Below, piece after piece: positions 53,601 to 61,981 of a stretch of 64,000 bases of DNA. The notes beneath the pieces were generated by a model that saw only the letters and a program-made list of their open reading frames with translations, did not search any database and was not told the DNA's origin. Within the stretch, counting starts at the first letter, position 1, and every line of letters begins with the position of its first letter. This DNA is from Penicillus capitatus (Eukaryota > Plantae > Chlorophyta): NCBI GenBank assembly GCA_965649825.1, contig OZ287694.1, positions 2,492,902 through 2,556,901 of the forward strand, written 5' to 3'. Both the position numbers and the translations under genes were made by a program.

Positions 53601-55829
53601 TTAAGAATGCGAGTTCTCGAAGCGACCCTAGAAGCAGCAGACGAAGACGAATTGAAAGACCTCCTCAACGACAAACATGCAATCAAGATCGCTGTTAGTG
53701 CGCGTCAACTCCTCGTGCAGACTGTCGACGACGTTCTAATTCGTAGTATCGTGATCGAGGAGTTCCGACAACTGTCATGCGTTTTGGAGAGATTTCCTGA
53801 AATTCTCTATGACACAATTAATGAAGTGAAGATAATGCTGGCATGCAAGCATAAACTATCACGGGAAAAAATGGCGAAAACTGAAGATGCTTTGATCCTC
53901 ACAAGCTGCTCTATGAAGCAAAGTTACAACATAATGCAATTTGTCTTGACACTGGCAGAAAACGCCGATGATTGGTGCAGTTCAAAGGAATACGTGAAGA
54001 GATTTCGCTCTATCGCAGTACTAATGCCGCAGCACGCACGAGAGCTTCTGCCGATTCTGGCGAAAGGGTGTGTCGACAAAAACGCGACGGTTCGTGAGAG
54101 TGCGATGGAAGCCATAGGTTGCGTCATCACGGTGGCGCCGCAGCTCACAGGAGAGCTTCTGCCGATTCTGGAGAAAGGGTGCGTCGACAAAGACTATCAT
54201 GTGTGTCGGGAAGCGTTTAGGATCATCCATCGTGTCGTCACGGCAGCGCCCCAGCACGCTGGCGAGATTCTACCGATGCTAGAAAAATGGTGTGTCGACG
54301 AAAACTCAGAGGTGCGTTGGAATGCGATGGTGGCCATCAGTCGAATTGTTGGGGCAGCGCCGCAGCATGCTAGCGAGATACTATCGACGCTAGAAAAATG
54401 GTGCGTCGACAAAGACTTGAGCGTGCGTGTGAGTGCGATGGAAGCCATTGGTCATGTCGTGGCGGCGACGCCGTTGTACGCCGGCGAGCTTTTGCTGACG
54501 CTAGCTAAGGGATGCGTCGATGTTTCACCAGACGTGCGCGAGAAAGCGTTTGAGGCCATTGGCCACGTTGCCGCGGTTGCACCGCAGCCTGCTGGCGAAC
54601 TCCTGCCGACGTTCGTGGAGAAGTGCGTCAATGAAGACTCAAACGTGCGTCGGAATGCTATGATAGCCATCGGTCGTATCGTCACGGCAGCGCCGCAGCA
54701 CGCCGGCGAGGTTCTGCCGACGTTGGAAAAGTTGTGCGCCGACGAAGACATGAGCGTGCGTCGGAATGCAATGGAGGCCACCGGCCGCGTCGTTGCGGCG
54801 GCGCCCCAGAACGCCGGCGAAGTTTTGCCGACGCTAGCGGCGGCGTGCGTCGACGAAGACGTGTACGTGTGTCAGAGAGCGTTTGAGGCCATCGGCCGCG
54901 TCGTCGCTGCGGCTCCCCAGTACGCCGGCGAGGTTCTGCCGACGCTGGCGAAGGGATGTGTTCACAAAAAATGGAACCCGCGTTGGGCGGCAATAAAAGC
55001 AATCGAAAGCGTTGTCTTGGCGGCGCCCCAGCATGCCGGCGAGATTCTGCCAACGTTGGAAAAGGCTTGCATCGACAGAGTACTGTTCGTGCGTTCTTCG
55101 GCAGTGAGAGCCATCGAAAGCGTCCTCGTGGCGGCTCCCCGGCACGCCAGCGAATTTTTGCCGACGCTGGTGCAGTTCTTCGTCGGCAAAGACGATGATT
55201 TGCGTCGGTCGGCGATGCGAGCTATTGGCAGCGTCGTCGCGGCGGCTCCCCAGTACGCCGGCGAGCTTCTGCCGACGCTAGTCAAGGGATGCGTCAGTGT
55301 TTCATCAGACGTGCGTGAGAAAGCATTTGAAGCCATCGGCCGCGTCGTCGCGGCGGCGCCCCAGTACGCCGGCGAGCTTCTGCCGACGGTAGCCAAGGGA
55401 TGCGTCAGTGTTTCATCAGACGTGCGTGAGAAAGCGTTTGAGGCCCTCGCCCGCGTCGTCGCGGCGGCGCCCCAGTACGCCGGCGAGCTTCTGCCGACGG
55501 TAGCCAAGGGATGCGTCGCCCAATTTGAGCACGAGTTTTGTTCTGCGATGGCGGCATTGAATAGTCTCAGTCCCGAGAATATTATCATTTCGGCAATGAC
55601 AACTTTTCCTAAGTGTGGAACCAGCCTTTACTTCTTTTTTGTGCAGCACCCATTCACGTTGGACTCTCTTATAAAGCAAAAAGCGGTTTCTTTTGTTTTA
55701 CACAAATTGTCTTCACAAAAAATTGGAACGTGGAGTAAGCATGGTGTTGATTCTTTTGTTTCGTTTGTGAGACGAGAATTTGAAGCGAGGTTTCCGGGGT
55801 TGCTGAAGCATCTAAATACGAAAGAGTAG
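50603..55829 (+). CDS. NLR-like STAND protein (~1723 aa): helical N-terminal domain, NACHT NTPase, HEAT repeats
   Basis: The two long ORFs join in frame across a 55-nt GT-AG intron (52163-52217). Walker A GDPGSGKT, Walker B LLMFDGLDE, sensor LVLTRP, TP motif, winged-helix FPHLTFQEYFAG. Confidence 0.9.
54042..55520 (+). repeat. Coding tandem array: 13 full plus 1 partial 111-bp (37-aa) HEAT repeats
   Basis: Unit starts at 54042, 54153, ... 55485 (exact 111-bp period); consensus E(L/V/I)LPTLxKxCVDxxxxVRxxAxxAIGxVVxAAPQxAG. Confidence 0.95.
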
Positions 55830-56296
55830 TTTGAAAAGCTCAAGTTTGTTTCTTCATTCGCGGAAGACGATGTGAGACTACGATATGACGTTGTTTACAT
55901 CGAATATGTTAAAAGCCGTTTCAAACAAACACCATACTTTTGATTCTCTTCAAGTCTAATTGTTGGAAAACATAGAGTTTTTTGTTGTCACTTTTTCCAC
56001 CAATCAAGCCAAAGTGAACTGTGTGAAGACCTTCTTAACCAAGAAGAAACAGAAGTCGAGGAGCACAGAAGAGAGAGTCTTGCACGACTGTTTAAACGAC
56101 GCTTTATAAAGTAATGATCGCCTATCAATTCGTCATTATGCGTCATTCTTCAAAACGGTTCACTTAGCGTGTGTCTTGTCATCGGAGTGCTGTACTCGAT
56201 GAAACGGATTTATCAATTTAAAGAAACGTTTATTTGTGTCTATGGCGAAAGTTCTTAAAAGCTACACAAGAATTCTCTATCAAGGTTGTGCTGTTA

Positions 56297-56464
56297 TGTC
56301 AGACTAAATGAGCACAATGAAGGCATCCCAACGGTATAAGGGAAGTCACATCAGAACCTACTACATGTCATCAGAACCTCTAACACTATAAAAGGGGGAT
56401 AATTGCGTTGTTTACGTCATTCTGTTTAAAGTCTTCCGCTAATGCGTATGTTTGTTCACCGACA
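56297..56464. mobile_element. Possible LTR remnant
   Basis: Begins TGTCAG and ends CCGACA, like the LTRs of the adjacent element, and contains TATAAAAGGGG. No target-site duplication seen. Confidence 0.3.
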
Positions 56465-56627
56465 ACGCGACATGTTAAGAATCAAAGTTTAATCTACTTT
56501 CGACAAGTAGTTCGTCATGACGGCCGCGACTACTATATGGTTTACGTCGGTGTTCGATCTTTAGGGTCGTATCGGAATCTCACGTGCTTTCTCAAAGAGT
56601 CTTCTCAAAAGTCCCTAAGGTAGATAT

Positions 56628-56761
56628 TGTCAGAATTCGCTATGAAATAACCTCGAGAAGGAAAGTTTATTAAAAGGCAAAATGTACAAACAAACAGTTT
56701 CATGGTCCTTTTCACAGTAGTTGTCACATCAATTCGTGGACCATCAAACCATTTTCCGACA
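56628..56761 (-). repeat. 3' LTR of element 1
   Basis: Matches 61710-61844. Confidence 0.95.
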
Positions 56762-56797
56762 TGGGCACAACACCTTCCGCTGTGAATACTCCGAAAG

Positions 56798-59700
56798 TCA
56801 GAGATGGTAACGCGTCAGCTGAGAGGAGTGGGCCAATATCGGCGGTTTGCCGAGTCCAGGTCGTCGAATTATCCGCGTCGAATCTGATCTTTGCTCTTCA
56901 ACAGTGAACGGACCAATACGTTTAGGTCCGAGCTTCTTCAATGGATGATATTGCCGGCCGTGGCTGATCATGAGAACACGGTCGCCGAGACGAAGTCCCT
57001 TGGATCGTCGCTTGTGTTTCCACTCGAAACGATTCCTTTCATAGGCTTTCGAACCGAGTTGCTTCGTCCGCGCCAGTTCCCAGGCCTGCCTGACCTCATC
57101 TTCTTGCGCAATCACGCCATTCCTGTCTAATCCTCGCATGAGCATGGACGGAGTCGTGCCGATCGCTGAACTCCATGAATTATTGATGGCATGCACAGCT
57201 CCGTCGACGACGCCGGGCCATCCTTCAGTCGAACCATTCAGCATCCGCCGCATTCGTTCGCAGAGCGTGCCGATCATGCGCTCAGCAAGGCCTGCTCCGC
57301 GATGATGCTTGGTCGGCGTTCTTCGTGTGTCGATGCCATGTCGGGCTGCCCATCTTCTGAAGGCATCTGAGTTCCAGCTGCGAAGGGTCACTGGTTCTGC
57401 CTCGAGTCATCTGGCGAGGAGTCGCTGCTGGCGCGCCAACCGTCCCTGTGGCGCCACGCCAGCAGAACATCATTGGAGCGCAGGACGAGAGGTGTGACAG
57501 AGGTGTGACGATATGCCTTACGTAATGATGTGACCCTCCTAATCCGGGGTATTTAAACGGAGCTGCCGTGCTGTATCTGTCTAGCTATGTAAATAGCCAT
57601 TGCCGACAGAGTTTCCCTGCGCGGCTCGCCATCCGGTCCGGACTCGGCCATCGGGTCGACGTTCACACCAGCACGAGACGTTGTCTGTGCACAGCAAGTG
57701 GATTCGTCCTCATCGAGACATCCAGGCATCGAGAGCCTTTATTGCGTGTTGGGAGCCAGTACCGGGAGTTCTCATGACTTCAACGTACTTCGTCGCATCG
57801 TCGACTATCACCAGAAGATGCGATCCATCGAAAAAGGGTACGGCATGGTCGGCGACGACCCGTTCTCCGGCGTGCTGGGCAGGCTCTGTGCTCGGGAGGT
57901 CTCTCGTTTGTGAATAAGCGTTGAAAGCACAATTCGGGCATTCGTCGATGTAATTCCGAACGTCCTTCTCCATTCCTTCCCAGCGTTCGTGATCGAGGAG
58001 AAGATTCTGAATAGTCACGCGTGGTCCCCAATGGCCAAAATGGGCGTCTCGAATCCTTTGTTCGATCACGTCAAAAGACGGTCGATCGACGGCGTGCACC
58101 TTAGCATTTGATACACGGGGCTTCTTGTCTTCCGGAGGGTTCATCCTTGACAACTGGTCTGCGACTTGATTTGCATTTCCCGGCAAATAGTCGAACGTGC
58201 ACCAGTTTTCATTTGAGCATAGGTAGTCGAAGACTCGTGCTGCCCTTTTGTCCGAGCAGAACGCTTCAATGCCCTTGTTCAGAGCATCCACGACTCCTTT
58301 GTTGTCAATGATGACTCTCGTGGGAGTCTCTCCGCGAAAGATCCGTGTGTTCTCCAGTGCCCATTTGACGGTTTTCAGTTCGCCGAGGTATGAGCTTTGA
58401 TTCGGGCATGGGTCTTTGGCGGATCCAACTGCAACTGTCACCGGATCCTCTTTGTCCTTGAACGAACGCAAGTGGTATCCGCGGTGCAGACCGCTTCAAT
58501 CGACGTACAACTCGTACTCGTCGGCTTCTCTACTAAGGCTCAACCGAACGCCTTGTTCGATGAGCCGCGTCCATACCTTCTTCACCTCTTCGTTCACTCA
58601 ACTCCACCACGCTTCTGAGCACAACGCAGAATTTTTCTGCGCACGTATCTTCGCCTCGTTAAGCGGAATTATGAGTTGGCTTAGGCCCACGACATGAGAA
58701 CGACAGAAATTCATTGCCCCCAGAACCCTCTCTAACTGCTTGTAGTGCGAAAAGACAGGCAAGATCGCGGCTTTTGAAGCACAATACCGCTCTAAGTCAA
58801 ACATACCACCACCGATGTGAAAACCAAGAAAATCTACTTCGGGAACGGAGACGATGATTTTGTCTTTGTTCAACTTGAGGCCAAACTTAGACAAACGCTT
58901 GAGTGTAAGATGGAGCAGCCTGTCGTGTTCCTCCTGATCCTTTCCCCCGATTAGCAGGTCATCAGCGTAGACGATCACGTCGAGTCCCATGAGAATATCC
59001 TTCATTCGCTCGACGAACCATATCGGGCTCCAGTCGATGAGGTACCACTTTCCAGACGTACGTCTCATTAAAAATATTGAACCCAAAAAGCAGAAACGTT
59101 TCATGCTTCAGTCCCACAGAGAAGAAGGCGTCTGTAATATCGAGTTTGCTGAATACACGCCATGAGGAAGGAATCGAACGAATCGTTCTAAGAGTATCGA
59201 CGAAGGTGGCTCCAGTAAAGTTGCACATCGCGTTGAGGAGACGGTAGTCATTGAGCGTGCGAATCTTTTTCCCGTCTTTCTTGGGCAGGAAAAAGATCGG
59301 CGACAGGAAGACGCCGTCACTTGCCTTGACTCGCTCAATGAAACCCTTTCTCAAGAAGGATTCTAATTCCTCTCGGATACGGCGTTCGGGGACAAGATTA
59401 TCAATGCGAGGCACTGTGCGTTGCCCACCGAAGAAGGGGTCACACTTCAGCCGGCATTCCCTAATGTCCACCCTAAGCGCCTTCATAGCCGGCGTCATCG
59501 AGGATCGATCTCCGGAAAACACAGATGCAAACTCACTATAGATGTCGCCTTTTACGGGAAACACCGACTTCACGGCTACGTCCTTATGTTCAGACGGCTC
59601 TACTGGTAAAAAAACAGCAAGTCAAACGTCCCGACAACCATAAGTTGCAAACGAAAGAGCGGCCAGGGAGTACCTGTGGTTGTTCGGTCGAGCTAAAAAC

Positions 59701-60360
59701 TTGAACCCTGATCTGCCCACAGTCAGTTATGGAAATTGTATCCAAAATGCCCTTCTTGTCGAGAGAACATAAAAGAGAAACGCACGACAAGTTTCCTTCG
59801 ACCACCCAGGGGAGATATAAACAGACCCACTCACGACTTGGTAGAAAAACTGTTTTCCCGACAGGTAATTTCGCTAGATTTCTACGGCAAACTGGGCGTA
59901 CATTCCGCTCCGTTTCCCAGAGCTGTCGAATGTTTATCCCTTCGGAGTCGCCCCCCTCCGAGGGTTTCCTCAAAAAGACGCGGAGCAGATCATCGCCCGA
60001 TCCTTCAAGCGGATCGTAGCTCCAAATACTTCCAACGCAGGTATCCCAATGATAAGTTTATGCGCTGAATCGGGAACGACGAGGAAGGACACCTGACGCG
60101 TCTTCTTGCCAAGCTGAGTCCCAAGCTGGAGTACACCCAGCGTCTTTGTCACAGACCCATTGAAACCGGCCAATCTCTTCGGTTCTCCGACGTCATGCCA
60201 CAAATCACTCTCCTTGAAGCCAAGGTCGATTGCTGTCTTCAGGGACATTATGTTTACCGAACTGCCAGTATCTATCAGTCCTTTGAACTTGAGGGACTTC
60301 CCATGTTTCGACGCGAAATTGAACGATACATGCAGGCGGCGTCCAATCAGTGGGGACTCC
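56798..60360 (-). pseudogene. Disrupted pol of element 1: protease, dUTPase-like domain, RT, RNase H, integrase
   Basis: LIDTGSSVNI (PR); KLDITDAF and VYADDLL (RT); LYVD..SSYLGEL..IIDN (RH); HFGH..CPNC, ADH..TDN..AERM, GPF (IN). Three frameshifts, three TGA stops and one solo-LTR insertion. Confidence 0.92.
57379..57667. mobile_element. 289-bp solo LTR of another family inserted in the integrase
   Basis: TGCGAA..TTCACA termini; TSD CCAGC at 57374-57378 and 57668-57672. Removing it restores TDNVSCWNSDAFRRW. Confidence 0.9.
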
Positions 60361-61683
60361 TCTTTCCCGATAGAGCAAACAGTCTTTCGTTCGACGGGGT
60401 AATCTCCTCCTCGGTTGATCCTTCGTTCTCGAAAACCTCTTCCTCTTCTTCATTGGCCCTGGACGCCGCTGACGTCGATATCTTCTTTTGCGTTTCCACA
60501 TCTTTTTCGGATCGACTCAGTTCGGTCGTCTCCGTGAGACTCTCCACCAGTTCCGAGGCAAGCTCCTCTTTCCCATCGTCGTCTCCGTCGAGGAACGTTT
60601 CTAGGGCATCAATACGCGCCCTTCGACGAGCCACCAGTTGCCGGCGGTGGGCACAAAATCCTTTCTCATTGCATGTCTTGCACGGATGTTGCTGAAAGCA
60701 TTCTGAATCATCGTGCTTGTCCGTCTGGCAGACCTTGCAGTATCGGTTTCGCAGCAGTGGTCGATAGGGCTGTCTTAACACTAGCGCCTTTTCATTTGAC
60801 CCCTCTCTGTTCCTGATGTCTTTCTTAATGTCTCCAAGAATGGCCTTCATTCCCGTGAGGTCTTCATCCACTTTGGCTTCGAGTCTTGCAACACGATCCT
60901 CAATTTTTCTCTCCGTCTTCTTTATCTGTTTACCTGCATCCTCTCTTCTCTCCACCTTCTGCTGGATTTTGGCTTTTTCGACGAACGCCATAAGGAATGC
61001 AAAGAACGCTTTGGTGACAGCTATCGGGAGCACAATTCCGGGTGTACCCAGAACCCAACACGATCCAGACTTCAGCAATGATAACACTTTGTGAATGTAC
61101 AAGACGAGTGCGCATAGGAGCGTCCATCCCAGAACACCTTTTCCTATACCAAGGATGGAGGAGAGCGTCCGGATGACATGATGCCGTTGGCCTGATTGTC
61201 TGTCTTGTCTCCAACGCCAAGCGGGTCTGTGACAATCGTTTTAACGAACTCCCACGCGTGCCTTATCGTCCTCGCAGAAATTCCACCGGTGAGTTTTAAA
61301 CAGCACCAGAGGGTGCCACATCCCTCGACCACGAAAATTTCTTCGTTTCGATCGGCTTCGGGCCAGGAGCCTGTCATCCATTGCCACCATGATCGACTGT
61401 TCTTCTTATCAGAGCTCTTCATTGTCTCTTGCTGCATTTGATGAAGTTGTCTTTGCAATTCATCAATTTGCTCTTCATATCGTTTGTTCTTCTCGGAGAG
61501 TCTAGTTATCTCGCTTCGCAGGTTCTTGTTGTCACGCAACACATCCGTGACCGGAACTCCTGACTCCTCGAACCGCTTCTGCACGTCTTGGTCTTCGTCA
61601 GGGTTTTCTTTCTGCGTAACTGCCGCTTCCGCAGGTAACAATGCCAAGCAGAAAAGTAGCAGCGTCACGCCCATATTTCGCAT
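60347..61683 (-). CDS. ORF1 of element 1: signal peptide, coiled coils, two TM helices, CCHC knuckle (one internal frameshift)
   Basis: MRNMGVTLLLFCLALLPAEA; frame change near 61170-61230; GVLGWTLLCALVLYIHKVLSLL; WVLGTPGIVLPIAVTKAFFAFLMAFV; CKVCQTDKHDDSEC. Confidence 0.75.
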
Positions 61684-61693
61684 CCGAGTGTAG

Positions 61694-61709
61694 CCTCGCT
61701 CCGAAACCA
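61694..61709 (-). promoter_or_regulatory. Primer-binding site of element 1 (TGGTTTCGGAGCGAGG)
   Basis: Directly abuts the 5' LTR and starts with TGG, the complement of tRNA CCA. Confidence 0.85.
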
Positions 61710-61844
61710 TGTCAGAATTCGCGATGAAATAACCTCGAGAAGGAAAGTTTATTAAAAGGCAAAATGTACAAACAAACAGTTTCATGGTCCTTTTCACAGT
61801 AGTTGTCACATCAATTCGTGGACCATCAAACCCATTTTCCGACA
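61710..61844 (-). repeat. 5' LTR of element 1
   Basis: Matches 56628-56761; AATAAA present on the element strand. Confidence 0.95.
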
Positions 61845-61981
61845 GATATGCCCTAGCATTAGATCCATCCACTTCCTGCAATGCACTGTCACCACAAAGT
61901 CGAAGAGAGAAGATGATATCATGACATAAAGCATGACGCAATTATAACGTCATGCTAGAAAACCATATAAGATGGGGTGTT

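Larger units (their letters stand above)
56628..61844 (-). mobile_element. Full-length, apparently defective Ty3/gypsy LTR retrotransposon (element 1) with 134/135-bp LTRs and 5-bp TSD GATAT
   Basis: Direct repeats at 56628-56761 and 61710-61844 differ at 2 positions; TG..CA ends; GATAT at 56623-56627 and 61845-61849; domain order PR-RT-RH-IN. Confidence 0.95.

Noticed and set aside
54042-55520. CRISPR-like array
   Set aside because: Contiguous in-frame 111-bp coding units with no unique spacers, in a eukaryotic gene.
54042-59573. Diversity-generating retroelement (variable repeats near an RT)
   Set aside because: The RT belongs to an LTR element with RNase H and integrase. There is no template/variable repeat pair, and variation is not confined to adenines.
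59570-59980. Additional programmed frameshifts within element 1 pol
   Set aside because: They appear to fall at T/A homopolymer runs and are more simply decay or long-read indel errors. The same caveat applies to other indels in this region.
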